Shown piece by piece: positions 23,972 to 34,095 of a stretch of DNA of 64,000 nt; position 1 is the stretch's first letter, and every line of letters starts with the position of its first letter. The position numbers were made by a program, and so were the translations under genes. Location: assembly GCA_001512965.1 (NCBI GenBank), contig LFRW01000043.1, positions 23,287 through 87,286 of the forward strand, in the 5' to 3' direction. This DNA is from Methanomicrobia archaeon DTU008 (GTDB taxonomy: Archaea; Thermoplasmatota; Thermoplasmata; Methanomassiliicoccales; Methanomassiliicoccaceae). The notes below the pieces were generated by a model. That model was not told the origin of the DNA and searched no databases. It saw only the letters and a program-made list of their open reading frames with translations.

Positions 23972-25527
23972 GCGACCGCAACGAAGCCGGCTTCGAGAGA
24001 GCAGCCGCTAAGGCCGCGTCCACGCTTTGTCAGGCGAAGAGCGTGACGGTCGTGGCACATATCGATGCTGACGGCATAACCGCGGCATCCATCGCATCGG
24101 CCGCCCTATCGAGGTCGGGAGTGCACCACAGCGTACGTTTCGTCAAGAAGGTCGACGATGAGGAGGTCCGCCGTGTGAACGACGACCCCTCCGACATCGT
24201 TTGGCTGGTGGACCTCGGCAGCGGTTCCTTCTCGAAGTTGGATCCCATGAAGGTGGTCGTGACCGATCATCACCGGGCCGACCGCTCAAGCCGGGCAAGG
24301 ATGGACCTGTTCTCGTTCGGTTCGGACCATGTGAACCCGCACCTTTACGGACTCGACGGCTCGAAAGAGATCTCGGGCGCAGGGTCGACCTATGCCGTGG
24401 CCAGGAACATGGGCTCCAACAACAAGGACCTGGCTTCACTGGCCGTCGTCGGGGCGGTGGGAGATCTCCAGGACCATGACAGCGGGCGGCTGGTCGGATA
24501 TAATCGCAAGATCCTTCAGGACGCTGTCGAAGCCGGCAGGGTGAAGCCGCTCATCGACCTGCGGCTGTTCGGCCGGCAGACCAGGCCGCTTCACTCATAT
24601 CTCGCATACGCGAACGATCCAGCACTGCTTCCTGTGATAAGGCAGACATATCAGGCGTCCTTCCAGCGTGCTGATGAGTTCGAGAATGGAGACCGTAAAC
24701 TGATATCCTCCTTCCTGGCAGGCCTGGGGATCGAGCCCCAGGACGGCTCAGGATGGAGAAGCTGGGCATCCCTCCGCCCGGAGGAGAGGACAGTGCTGGC
24801 ATCCGCCCTTTGCACCTGCCTCCTCGATGCAGGCCATGGCGTCAGGGCCATCCGCCGCCTCATCGGGGAGGCGTATGTCCTCGATCCCCGATTGGTGGAC
24901 GCCCCCGATGGCTGGCTGGCCGGACCAGGCGTTAATTGCGATGGCGACGGCGAAGCGATGCCGAACGCAAGAGCGCTCCTTGACGCGAAGGAGATGGCCA
25001 CCCTTCTGAACGCCTGCGGGCGGCACGGCCGCCCCGAGATCGGAATGACCATATGCCTTGGGGATAGAGGAGAGGGGCTGTCCGAGGCCCTTCAGCTACA
25101 GACCAGACACCGCAACGCCCTGCGGGAGGCGGTCGCCCTGGTACAGGAAGGAGGGGAGTTCGGCATCAAGGAGTGTGAAGAGCTGCCCTGCCTGCGTTAT
25201 TTCCACGGCGGAGACCGCATCGAGGACACGATCGTGGGCATCGTCGCGGGGATGCTGATAGGGGATTCCGTGCCCGCCGACCGTCCGCTCCTAGGTCTGG
25301 CGAACGCCACCGACGGCACGTCAACCGTAAAGATATCCGCGAGAGGCACCATGGGCCTGGTCGGACGCGGGCTGGACCTATCGACCGTCATGCGCAAGGC
25401 CGCCGAGGCCGTGGGGGGCGCGGGAGGCGGGCACGATGTGGCCGCCGGCGCTTCCATACCGGAAGGGACGGAGGAAGAGTTCCTCCGTATCGCCGACGGC
25501 ATCGTCAGAGAACAGATCAGCCGTTGA
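23968..25527 (+). CDS. DHH-family phosphoesterase, archaeal RecJ-like nuclease
   Basis: 519 aa: VVAHIDADGITAASI, VVTDHH, GAGSTYAVA, and a DHHA1-like end GGGHDVAAGASI. Overlaps the upstream gene by 4 nt. Confidence 0.75.
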   Translation: MSDRNEAGFERAAAKAASTLCQAKSVTVVAHIDADGITAASIASAALSRSGVHHSVRFVKKVDDEEVRRVNDDPSDIVWLVDLGSGSFSKLDPMKVVVTDHHRADRSSRARMDLFSFGSDHVNPHLYGLDGSKEISGAGSTYAVARNMGSNNKDLASLAVVGAVGDLQDHDSGRLVGYNRKILQDAVEAGRVKPLIDLRLFGRQTRPLHSYLAYANDPALLPVIRQTYQASFQRADEFENGDRKLISSFLAGLGIEPQDGSGWRSWASLRPEERTVLASALCTCLLDAGHGVRAIRRLIGEAYVLDPRLVDAPDGWLAGPGVNCDGDGEAMPNARALLDAKEMATLLNACGRHGRPEIGMTICLGDRGEGLSEALQLQTRHRNALREAVALVQEGGEFGIKECEELPCLRYFHGGDRIEDTIVGIVAGMLIGDSVPADRPLLGLANATDGTSTVKISARGTMGLVGRGLDLSTVMRKAAEAVGGAGGGHDVAAGASIPEGTEEEFLRIADGIVREQISR

Positions 25528-26425
25528 GGACGGCGATCAATATGGCCTTCTGGGCATGGAGACGGTTCTCCGCCTGATCGAAGACCACGCTGTGCTTGCC
25601 GTCCATCACCTCGTCTGTCACCTCGTTCCCGCGGTGCGCGGGGAGGCAGTGCATGAAGATCGCATCAGGCTTGGCGGCGGACATGAGCGCCTCATTGACC
25701 TGATAGGGCATCATGGCCTTCTTCCTCTGGGCCATCTCCTCCTCATCGCCCATCGACACCCAGGTGTCGGTGTAGACGATGTCGGCGCCCTTGACCGCCT
25801 CGAATGGATCGCGGATGACCTCCGAGACCGCCCCGTTCTCCTTGGCGATGGAGGCAGCCTTGGCGGCTATGTCGGGATCGGGGCAATAACCGTCAGGGCA
25901 GCCAATTGCGACATCCATTCCCACGAGGGCCCCTCCCAGCAGGAGGGAGTTGGCCACATTGTTGCCATCGCCGACATATGCGAGCTTCAGACCTTTCAAA
26001 CGCCCCTTGTGCTCCTTGATGGTAAGCAGATCGGCGGTTATCTGGCATGGATGCTCCTTGTCATCCAGCGCGTTGATGACAGGTACCGTGGCATGTTTCG
26101 CAAGGTTGACCATGTCGACGTGCCTGTACGCCCGATACATGATGACGTCAACGTAACGGCTCAGCACCCTGGCGGTGTCGGCGATGGTCTCCCCCCTTCC
26201 CAGCTGGGTATCGTTCTGACTGAGGAATATGGCGTGGCCTCCCATCTGCGTCATGGCCACCTCGAAGGACACTCTCGTACGCGTGCTGGACTTCTCGAAG
26301 ATCATGGCAAGGCTCTTACCGCCCATCTCCCTGCCAGTGGTCTGACCGTTCTTCAGCTCTACGGCCCGATCCAGGATCTCCTCTAGATCGGGCAGGTCCA
26401 GCATCGATAGGATGTCCCTCTTCAT
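25517..26425 (-). CDS. argF: ornithine carbamoyltransferase
   Basis: FEKSSTRTRVSFE, HPCQ, DGNNV and HCLP motifs. Homology begins at MKRDILSML (ATG 26425). The track extension to 26590 runs into the tRNA promoter region. Confidence 0.88.
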   Translation of the reverse strand: MKRDILSMLDLPDLEEILDRAVELKNGQTTGREMGGKSLAMIFEKSSTRTRVSFEVAMTQMGGHAIFLSQNDTQLGRGETIADTARVLSRYVDVIMYRAYRHVDMVNLAKHATVPVINALDDKEHPCQITADLLTIKEHKGRLKGLKLAYVGDGNNVANSLLLGGALVGMDVAIGCPDGYCPDPDIAAKAASIAKENGAVSEVIRDPFEAVKGADIVYTDTWVSMGDEEEMAQRKKAMMPYQVNEALMSAAKPDAIFMHCLPAHRGNEVTDEVMDGKHSVVFDQAENRLHAQKAILIAVLNG

Positions 26426-26612
26426 ACAGATCGGTGGTCCTAATCCGGTCGTCCACTTAACCGTTATGTATGGTGGCGAACATTCCACGCGCAGGGTGTC
26501 TTTTATTTGACCAGTGTCTATATCTCGAGAAGAGTTCTTGCTAAGTTGCGCTGGAAATAGGAAGCTGGAAGAAAATTTTATGTACCTCAACGCGTTGAGG
26601 TGAACCCGTCAT

Positions 26613-26687
26613 GGCCGGGTTGGGGTAGCTTGGTTATCCTGAGGGACTGTGGATCCCTCGACTCGGGTTCAAATCTCGGACCCGGCC
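26613..26687 (+). tRNA. tRNA-His (anticodon GTG at 26649-26651) with encoded G-1
   Basis: Hand-folded. G-1 (26613) lies opposite C73 (26687). Acceptor stem GCCGGGT/ACCCGGC, anticodon arm AGGGA-CTGTGGA-TCCCT, T arm TCGGG-TTCAAAT-CTCGG. No encoded CCA. An AAAATTTTATGT box lies at 26573-26584. Confidence 0.85.
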
Positions 26688-26730
26688 CCTTACTTCTGTC
26701 CGATCCCTTGTGAAAAAGCTGCGAAGCGCT

Positions 26731-27897
26731 TCATGCGGTCGCATATTGGACGGTGAACTCCTTCTCCATCATGGCAAGATCCTTCTCATGCAATATCTCT
26801 GGATCGAGCAGGATTATGAGCTTGGATCCTGTCACGATCGCCGAGTCTCGCATGGAATACAAGGTGCGTAGCACCTCGCCCACGGAGTTCTGGGTTATCA
26901 GACATTCGACGCCTTCGATGAGGATCACGGCAGGAGCCGACCTTTCGATGAATCTGGTGACAGTGTGCAGGAGGATGTTGAGGGAGGTCGGATCGACATG
27001 GTCCTGCCCCGGCTGGGATGACAGCCAGATCATCGGCACGTCCAGGGGGCTCAGCTCCTTGCGCACGCGATCCGGATAGCGCCTGCAGATGATCAGTCCC
27101 GAATATCCGGCCGAGACGTCGTTAAGGAAGGTCCGGTAGGCGTAACGCATGTCGATGCCTTCCATGAGGATGGAGCCCCCACTTGCGGCCCTCCTTGTCC
27201 TAGGAGCACGGCTCGATGATGGGATGGACATTATCTTGTGCTTCTCCACCAGGTGAGCATATATCAGGGCGGCGGCGAACAGTCCGGGAGATAGCAATAT
27301 CGGCATGCCGAAGGCCATGAAGGGAGCGGCGGCAACGAACGGAAGGAAGGGAGCGGCAGCAAGGAGGAGGACGTTGCTTCGAAAGGATGCGTCCTTCGAG
27401 CCCTGCCTCGCGGTGACCGCGATGAACGATGCCAGTGTGGCGAGGGCCAGGGATGTCCCGTATCCAACGAGCGCTGAGGGCGCTTTTTCGATCATGTATC
27501 CCCATGGAGTGTCGACGACACTGTCGAGCGCGATGGCGGAGACGGTCGCAAGTATCGCTATCCCCGCCCAATAGTGAGCGGAGTATCTGGCAAGACCGCC
27601 CCTATATCGAGAGTACGGCAAGAAGGATGCCAGATAGCAGGTCGAACCATAGAAGAGGACCGTGGCTGCCATGACGGCCTTGCCCCGCATCAATGCCGCC
27701 TCCGGTTCCGTGGAATGCAGGAAGTATGTGGTCAACAGGCAGCGTATGGCTATGATGATCATGAGGATGAAGAAAGCCTGCCCTGGCCTGTGATAAGGGT
27801 TCTTGAGCATTATGTGTAAACCCAGTAAGAACGAGAAGGCCGCCAGCGCCAACAGCAAGAGCGTGTAGATGAGGCTTTCCATGATCCGATCGTTCAA
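26731..27897 (-). CDS. multi-pass membrane protein with C-terminal DUF835-like cytoplasmic domain
   Basis: About 7 hydrophobic helices, then ICRRYPDRVRKEL...PMIWLSSQPG...VILIEGVECLI..., as in archaeal DUF835 proteins (from memory). Confidence 0.55.
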   Translation of the reverse strand: MNDRIMESLIYTLLLLALAAFSFLLGLHIMLKNPYHRPGQAFFILMIIIAIRCLLTTYFLHSTEPEAALMRGKAVMAATVLFYGSTCYLASFLPYSRYRGGLARYSAHYWAGIAILATVSAIALDSVVDTPWGYMIEKAPSALVGYGTSLALATLASFIAVTARQGSKDASFRSNVLLLAAAPFLPFVAAAPFMAFGMPILLSPGLFAAALIYAHLVEKHKIMSIPSSSRAPRTRRAASGGSILMEGIDMRYAYRTFLNDVSAGYSGLIICRRYPDRVRKELSPLDVPMIWLSSQPGQDHVDPTSLNILLHTVTRFIERSAPAVILIEGVECLITQNSVGEVLRTLYSMRDSAIVTGSKLIILLDPEILHEKDLAMMEKEFTVQYATA

Positions 27898-27969
27898 AAT
27901 CCTATAAGATTAGATAAATCTACCACCTTAAATTATCATAATTATGATATTTGATAATAGATGTTATTT

Positions 27970-29073
27970 CTACACCCAATCCGTGTCCCCGAGCATGATA
28001 TGACATGCAGGAGATGGCGATGACAGCGTGTCAAGATCGTGATCGCCACGGGGGAACCATATCATGCGCATAGGCTCATCCCCGGTCATGCGCACCTCGG
28101 CGACGAAGCCTGATTCGCGGAGATTACGCTCGTACCTATGCCCCTTTGGCAGACAGCAGGTCAGGGATTCCGAACCATGTCGCTGACCCTGCTCCAGGGC
28201 GTCCTGCAGCAAGAACGGGATGACGTCCGGGCGTCCTGGATCGGCAAGCATGTCCACGATCATCATCTCCCCATCGCCCTCCGGCTTCAGGACCGCATAC
28301 CCTAGCAGCTCCTCGTTCTCGCGCGCCCCCCTGACGATGTAGGCGCCTCCTCTTGGATCGCAGAACCTCCAGTTGAGGTAGCGATGGTCTCGGACGGCGA
28401 TGAGATCGAAGTCGGTGGCAGCCTTGCGGTATAACCTGTCATCATCATCGGAGAACCGTTTCACGTCATCGACGTGAAGGCCGGTCTCACCGGAACGGTG
28501 GATGGTTCGCTGCAGCGCCACATAGGAGACGTATCCGAGCCTCTTCAACGAGCCCATGCTGACCTTTTGGAAGTATCTTTCCCGATCGATGATGAAGCGA
28601 TGCTGCATCATCGTCATGTCGACCTCACGGAAGCCTTGCCGCTTCATGCTAACGCGATAGGAGCCATGGTTGGGAAAGCCGAAGTCGAAGGCCACTCCGT
28701 GGTCCGCCTTCAGTCGGTCGCGGTGGTCCAGCAGACCGCTCATCAAGCCCTTCCCCCTATGATCTGGATGTGTGCAAAGGTCCACTCCTTGAGTGGCAAG
28801 AACCTCCCAGCCGCCGACGTTCATGCGGACCGGCAGGCTGGCGCAATAGGAGACCATCTCGTCCCCGATCTCGATCATGCAGACGATCACCGGGCCAGCG
28901 GGATTGGATAGGAACTTCCATCTCCAGTGATCGACCTTGGGGACGTCCACGGATGCCGCGGGCCAAACTGTATGGGCATCGAGAAATTCCACTATTCGGT
29001 GCTCATCGCCTGGATGATAGCTCTTCACTTCTCCGACGAAGGATGATTGGAGGCTGTGAACGGTGTCCGTCAA
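27970..29073 (-). CDS. GNAT-family N-acetyltransferase (two-domain, Eis-like size)
   Basis: 367 aa with the acetyl-CoA pocket motif THPDHRGKGLMSGLL. Confidence 0.6.
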   Translation of the reverse strand: MTDTVHSLQSSFVGEVKSYHPGDEHRIVEFLDAHTVWPAASVDVPKVDHWRWKFLSNPAGPVIVCMIEIGDEMVSYCASLPVRMNVGGWEVLATQGVDLCTHPDHRGKGLMSGLLDHRDRLKADHGVAFDFGFPNHGSYRVSMKRQGFREVDMTMMQHRFIIDRERYFQKVSMGSLKRLGYVSYVALQRTIHRSGETGLHVDDVKRFSDDDDRLYRKAATDFDLIAVRDHRYLNWRFCDPRGGAYIVRGARENEELLGYAVLKPEGDGEMMIVDMLADPGRPDVIPFLLQDALEQGQRHGSESLTCCLPKGHRYERNLRESGFVAEVRMTGDEPMRMIWFPRGDHDLDTLSSPSPACHIMLGDTDWV

Positions 29074-29202
29074 GTGTTCTCATAATTGATTTGGAGCGGG
29101 TGGGATATTAAGCGTTGCCATATTCGGACGTTCCTGAGCGATTCCCGCCGTGACCTCTCAGTAATCTTAAATCAAGGTGCCATCATAATCAGCTCGATTC
29201 AC

Positions 29203-30654
29203 ATGGCATACACTGGACCTCTGGAAAAGGTGGACGATCATCGTTGGCGGATACCAAGGAACTATAAGGACGGAATGAGGACCGACGCGATCATCTTCGC
29301 CTCAGAGGACATGCTGCCCTCCATCAGGGAAGACAACGCCCCGGAGCAGGCAGCCAATGTGGCGACCCTGCCTGGAATAGTCGGACCATCACTGGCCATG
29401 CCCGACATCCATTGGGGATATGGCTTCCCGATCGGCGGCGTGGCGGCCATGGATGCCAAGGAGGGAGTGATATCTCCCGGCGGCATCGGCTTCGACATCA
29501 ACTGCGGGGTCAGGCTCGTCCGCACGGACCTGGAGGTCGACGATGTGCGGCCTCGCATCAAGGAGTTGATAAACCGCCTGTTCAAGAACGTGCCCGCCGG
29601 GGTCGGCTCCAAGGGTGTCATAAAGTTCTCCGGCAGCGGCTTCGATGACGTTCTCAAGTACGGCGCGGAATGGGCGGTCGAGAACGGATACGGCTGGAAG
29701 GAAGACCTGAAGGCCACCGAGGAAGGGGGCCGGATGACCGGCGCCGACCCGTCCAAGGTGAGCGACAAGGCCAAGCAGAGAGGTATCCCGCAGATAGGTT
29801 CGCTCGGGAGCGGCAACCACTTCCTTGAGGTCGACGTGGTGGAGAAGGTCTTCGACGAGGAGGCCGCCAAGGCGTTCGGGCTGCGGGAGGGGCAGGTCAC
29901 CGTCACTGTGCATTGCGGCTCCAGGGGCGCCGGTCATCAGATCGCCACGGACTACCTTCAGGTGATGGAGCGCTCGGTGCGAAAGACCGGGATCCAGCTG
30001 CCAGATCGCCAGCTGGCCTGCGCCCCCGTCGGATCTCGAGAGGGCCAGGATTACTTCGCGGCGATGTCGTGCGGGGCCAACTACGCATGGGCCAACCGGC
30101 AGATGATCCTGCATTGGATAAGACAGTCGTTCGAAGAGGAGTTCCGCACCGACGCCGAGAAGCTGGGGCTGCATCAGGTGTACGATGTCGCGCACAACAT
30201 CGCGAAGGTGGAGGAGCATGAGGTGGACGGCCGCCGCCACGAGGTGTACGTGCATCGCAAGGGGGCCACCAGGGCCTTCCCCAAGGGACATCCGGACGTA
30301 CCAGAGCAGTACCGGAGCGTCGGCCAGCCTGCGCTGGTCCCGGGCAACATGGGCGCCGGGTCCTACGTGCTGGTGGGAGAGGAGAGAGTGATGAAGGATG
30401 CATTCGGCTCCACCTGCCACGGTGCCGGACGTGTGATGTCTCGCTCCCAGGCGCTGCGAACCTTCACGGTGCAGGGCATCAGGGAGGATCTCGACAGGAA
30501 AGGCATCTACCTCAAGTCCGCGACCAAGGATGGCGTTCTGGAAGAGGCGCCTGAAGCATACAAGAGCATCGAGCAGGTGATATCGGTCGTGGTCGGAGCT
30601 GGACTGTCGCGAAGGGTCGCCAAGCTCACGCCGCTTGGCGTCATGAAGGGTTAG
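29203..30654 (+). CDS. rtcB: RNA 3-phosphate/5-OH ligase RtcB
   Basis: PDIHWGYGFPIGG, GGIGFDINCG, GSGNHF, HCGSRGAGH, AHNIAK, HRKGAT, THGAGR. Homology starts at MAYTGPLEKV (29203). No intein. Confidence 0.92.
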   Translation: MAYTGPLEKVDDHRWRIPRNYKDGMRTDAIIFASEDMLPSIREDNAPEQAANVATLPGIVGPSLAMPDIHWGYGFPIGGVAAMDAKEGVISPGGIGFDINCGVRLVRTDLEVDDVRPRIKELINRLFKNVPAGVGSKGVIKFSGSGFDDVLKYGAEWAVENGYGWKEDLKATEEGGRMTGADPSKVSDKAKQRGIPQIGSLGSGNHFLEVDVVEKVFDEEAAKAFGLREGQVTVTVHCGSRGAGHQIATDYLQVMERSVRKTGIQLPDRQLACAPVGSREGQDYFAAMSCGANYAWANRQMILHWIRQSFEEEFRTDAEKLGLHQVYDVAHNIAKVEEHEVDGRRHEVYVHRKGATRAFPKGHPDVPEQYRSVGQPALVPGNMGAGSYVLVGEERVMKDAFGSTCHGAGRVMSRSQALRTFTVQGIREDLDRKGIYLKSATKDGVLEEAPEAYKSIEQVISVVVGAGLSRRVAKLTPLGVMKG

Positions 30655-31961
30655 GAGAAGAGAACCTTCACCGCCACCTTCCTGACGCTCTCCCGGCACT
30701 CGGCGGGCGCCGATACCATGACCGCCCAGTCATGCACTCCGCGCGACTGGATGGCCTTGGCCAGCGGGCTGTATCGGGACAATGGCCTGACGCGGCCACC
30801 GTCCAGTATGCCCACGTCGGTCTTGCCTATGCGTGGCTCCGACAGCAGTAGCGCCTTCTCCGGCACGTCAAGGACCACGTCATCGACGCTGACCCCTGCC
30901 CGGTCGGCGATCTCTCGCTCCTTGGCCTTCCGCCTTTCATAGTTCACCAGGGGGATCAACGCCTGCGACTGTTCGTCGGTCATGGCCATTATGGGCAACG
31001 TGTACGCCTTCTTGTACAGCCGGCGATAGCGAAGCATGGTCATGAGCCGAGACGATGCGCCGCCTGCCGCGGCCAGTTTGGATGAGAGTGAGCAATCGGT
31101 ATCGAGGAACAGGTCCTCCAGGATCTCCTGGGGGGCGGCCTCGACGGCCTTGCACATCATCATCTCCGCTATTCGCACCGTCTTGTGGAAGTAAACCGAG
31201 GTGTACATCAGGGAGCGGGCGACCATGAGGCCCTCGACCGCCACGAGGCCGCTCTTGTCCACCACCAGGTTGCCATGGTGCACCATGAGGGTCTGGAACA
31301 GCCTGTCGACGTCGATCGTCCCATGGGCCACGCCGGTGTAGTACGCGTCCCTCAGCAGATAGTCCATCTGGTCCACGTCCAGCGGTCCTGATATGATCTG
31401 TTTGAGGAAGTTGTTCTGACCAAAATGGGCCTGTTCGCCGTCGACCATCAGGATGCTTTGGCCCACCTCCTGCTGGCGCGCCGACGTCACCAAATCGGCG
31501 ACCCTTTCCGGGTCCAGGCCGGCACCCCTCAGGACGTCGGGCAGCGGGGGTATGCTGCCCACCACTTCGGTATCGCGGTCCTTGTACGGCATGTAATCGC
31601 CGACGATGATGTCCCGGGAGATGTCCATGTGGTCCTTGCCAAGGCGGTGATGGATAACTTCCTCGAGAGTGTGGGAGAAGGGAGTGTGTCCTATGTCATG
31701 CAGCATCGCGGCGGCCCTGACCTCCATTTGGTCGAGGGGGTCGATCTCCAGCGAGGAGCACAGCTTCGATGCGATGTGATACGTGCCCAGGGAATGCTCC
31801 AGACGGGTGTGGTTGGCACCCGGGAAAACGAGGTGTGCCAGGCCTAGCTGGTGAATACCATGCAGCCTCTGCATCTCGGGGCGTTCCAACAGTTCAAGGA
31901 AAACGCCGTCTACCTTGACCGTGCCGTGTACGCTGTCGTGGATGACCTTATAGCCTGGCAC
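30651..31961 (-). CDS. HD-domain phosphohydrolase (dNTP triphosphohydrolase-like)
   Basis: IHDSVHG, RLHGIHQLG, TRLEHSLGT, LHDIGHTPFSH, DQMDYLLRD. Confidence 0.75.
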   Translation of the reverse strand: MPGYKVIHDSVHGTVKVDGVFLELLERPEMQRLHGIHQLGLAHLVFPGANHTRLEHSLGTYHIASKLCSSLEIDPLDQMEVRAAAMLHDIGHTPFSHTLEEVIHHRLGKDHMDISRDIIVGDYMPYKDRDTEVVGSIPPLPDVLRGAGLDPERVADLVTSARQQEVGQSILMVDGEQAHFGQNNFLKQIISGPLDVDQMDYLLRDAYYTGVAHGTIDVDRLFQTLMVHHGNLVVDKSGLVAVEGLMVARSLMYTSVYFHKTVRIAEMMMCKAVEAAPQEILEDLFLDTDCSLSSKLAAAGGASSRLMTMLRYRRLYKKAYTLPIMAMTDEQSQALIPLVNYERRKAKEREIADRAGVSVDDVVLDVPEKALLLSEPRIGKTDVGILDGGRVRPLSRYSPLAKAIQSRGVHDWAVMVSAPAECRESVRKVAVKVLFS

Positions 31962-32009
31962 GAGCTAAATATTACGTGTTTGCTATATATTCCTGCCGAC
32001 GAACCGGGC

Positions 32010-32393
32010 TCAGCGGAAGCCGCCGCGAATCTTCTGGCGATCGATGCGCATGCCGTTGGGGGCAATGACGATGAAGTTGCCGCCGATGGCCGCCACGTCG
32101 CCGTTGGTGTCACGCGCCACTGACTTGAGCTCAGAGGTGATCCGGCGCAAGGACTCGGTATCGTTGGCGATGTGAGAATAATCGATCAGCATCACTGAAC
32201 CCTCATACACGGGCTGGGTGATGTCCGCGAGATCCTCGTAGCGGTAGACCTCCGCGACCTTGATATTTCCCTTTCCGCCAGAGGAAGCCTCCCCCTCGAA
32301 CGACATCGCTCCGAGGTCGATAAACTGGTCGGATTCAACCGTGGGCACTTCATCCCTGATCTTGCCGAAAGGCTTCCTGCTCAATAAGGCCAA
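32010..32393 (-). CDS. sepF: cell division protein SepF (archaeal)
   Basis: The C-terminal domain VAEVYRYEDLADITQPVYEGSVMLIDY...ELKSVARDTNGDVAAIGGNFIVIAPNGMRIDRQKI aligns with haloarchaeal SepF. Preferred start is the TTG at 32393 ((M)ALLSRKPFGKI, amphipathic), 6 nt after GAGGGA. The track ORF opens at 32450. Confidence 0.8.
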   Translation of the reverse strand: MALLSRKPFGKIRDEVPTVESDQFIDLGAMSFEGEASSGGKGNIKVAEVYRYEDLADITQPVYEGSVMLIDYSHIANDTESLRRITSELKSVARDTNGDVAAIGGNFIVIAPNGMRIDRQKIRGGFR

Positions 32394-32480
32394 ACTGCAT
32401 CCCTCGACGTGTGAATATGATAGTGCATATTTAGCTTTTACATTCGACAAGTTACATATTTCACTCTGGAGGCCGTCTCT

Positions 32481-32975
32481 TCACTCCTCATCCAGCTTCC
32501 ACAGCTTGTCCGTCACGTGGTGTATGCTCTTTATCGCCTTGCCTGGCGACCGCTCCCTCATCTGCAGGCCGGGGATCAACGCCTCGCCGACCGCCAGGGG
32601 CACCCCGTTCTTGATATCCTTGACCCAGACCATGTCTCCAGGCTGGATGTCGGGGTCCGCATCCACTATTCCCGGGCCCATCACATCTGCGCCCTTGGTG
32701 ATGAAAGGTACCGCTCCCATGTCCACCGTGACCGCCGCCTTCTCCGGCCGGCAGCGCAGCAGCCCACGCACGGTGAGGAATATCTTGTCCTTGTAAACGA
32801 GCCCTTCCGCGACATTATTGATGAACAGTATGTCGAAATCGGTGCTCTCCGCCCGGTCCACTGGCATCCCTGGCCCTATGGGTTCCACCCCCAGGGTGGT
32901 CTCCAACTCCTCGGCCAGGGCCCTTACCTCCTTCTCTCGCAGGCGGCGGCGTCTTCTCACACGGATGTCGCTCAT
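32481..32975 (-). CDS. PUA-domain RNA-binding protein
   Basis: VTVDMGAVPFITKGADVMGPGIV...GDMVWV...PLAVGEAL, with the start at MSDIRVRRRRR (32975). Confidence 0.7.
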   Translation of the reverse strand: MSDIRVRRRRRLREKEVRALAEELETTLGVEPIGPGMPVDRAESTDFDILFINNVAEGLVYKDKIFLTVRGLLRCRPEKAAVTVDMGAVPFITKGADVMGPGIVDADPDIQPGDMVWVKDIKNGVPLAVGEALIPGLQMRERSPGKAIKSIHHVTDKLWKLDEE

Positions 32976-33258
32976 CGGCACAACATTCCTGACCAGATAG
33001 AGATATTTTATCGTTCGGAACTGTGCGACGGCTCCGATGTCCAACGCGGTCCGCCCTTACGCTCGCCATCATAGCGACGTCTTACATGTTCCGACATGGT
33101 CCCGACCATGGGTCCCGATCGCATGCTTGCGGTGGACAGGGATGTGTTGGAGCATTAAACATGAGCTGCCGGGCAACGTGACATCGCTCCTTTCCCTGCC
33201 CCAGAGGTGTTTAGGTTTTTTATTTGGAACTCTCGACCTCAATTAAAATAGAGCAATA

Positions 33259-34095
33259 ATGCAATGGGGTGTCATGCGTTGGGGACCCCTCGCCTTCACC
33301 TCCGCCGCGATAGCGGTGGACCTGTTCGTCGCAGCCATCCTCATGCTGAGCGTCATGCCTCTGGCCTCAGGAGGTTTGCAGATAAACCCGGGAGATGATG
33401 GTTCGACCGATACATCTTTCCAGGATGGTGTGCTCACCATGAGCCTTCCCCTGGAGGCGTACAACGGCGGCTACTTCGACATCGATGACGTCCGTGCATC
33501 GATCAAGCTGAGCAGGGGCGGTGAGGTGCTGGCAGAAGGCATCTCTGGTGCCATGCATGTCCAGGCAGGAAAGGTCAACGAGCTCCATCCAGTTCTATCC
33601 TTCGATCTGAAGGAGGTTGATAAGGATAAGCTCGCCGCCCTGGTGTTTGAACGGAGCGAGCTGGAGTTCGACATCAGGGTGGAGGGGTCGTACGCGCTCG
33701 GCCTCATCGATGCCAACGTCGGCATCAAGCGGACGGTCGAATGGGAGCCGTTGGTGAGCGACCTTGGCATCGAGCTCGAAGGGTATGAGATCGTTGACAG
33801 CTCCGTCGATGTGATCTTGCATTATAGCTTTGGCGCATCGTCCGTGCTCCATGGCCTGTCGACGGACCTTGCCCTGACCCTCAAGGGAGCGGGCGGGGTG
33901 CTAGGGGATGGAGGGACCTCATTGGTCGTCGGCCCCGGCAACGAGGGGACCATACGTGTGAACGTTCCGGCAGATGCCGTCGAATCGCTGAGGGACCCGC
34001 AGGTGCTGACCCTGGAGATCGGCATCATGGTAGAAGGACTTGAGGCGCAACTCGAACGGACCATCGACTGGGAGGGAATGGAGGGATGGCCATGA
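33259..34095 (+). CDS. membrane-anchored hypothetical protein (N-terminal TM, two LEA14-like beta-sandwich-like repeats)
   Basis: Hydrophobic N-terminus, then a beta-rich extracytoplasmic region. Domain call is tentative. Confidence 0.4.
   Translation: MQWGVMRWGPLAFTSAAIAVDLFVAAILMLSVMPLASGGLQINPGDDGSTDTSFQDGVLTMSLPLEAYNGGYFDIDDVRASIKLSRGGEVLAEGISGAMHVQAGKVNELHPVLSFDLKEVDKDKLAALVFERSELEFDIRVEGSYALGLIDANVGIKRTVEWEPLVSDLGIELEGYEIVDSSVDVILHYSFGASSVLHGLSTDLALTLKGAGGVLGDGGTSLVVGPGNEGTIRVNVPADAVESLRDPQVLTLEIGIMVEGLEAQLERTIDWEGMEGWP

Noticed and set aside
29389-30699. 436-aa minus-strand ORF
   Set aside because: Antisense shadow of rtcB, which carries all RtcB catalytic motifs on the plus strand.
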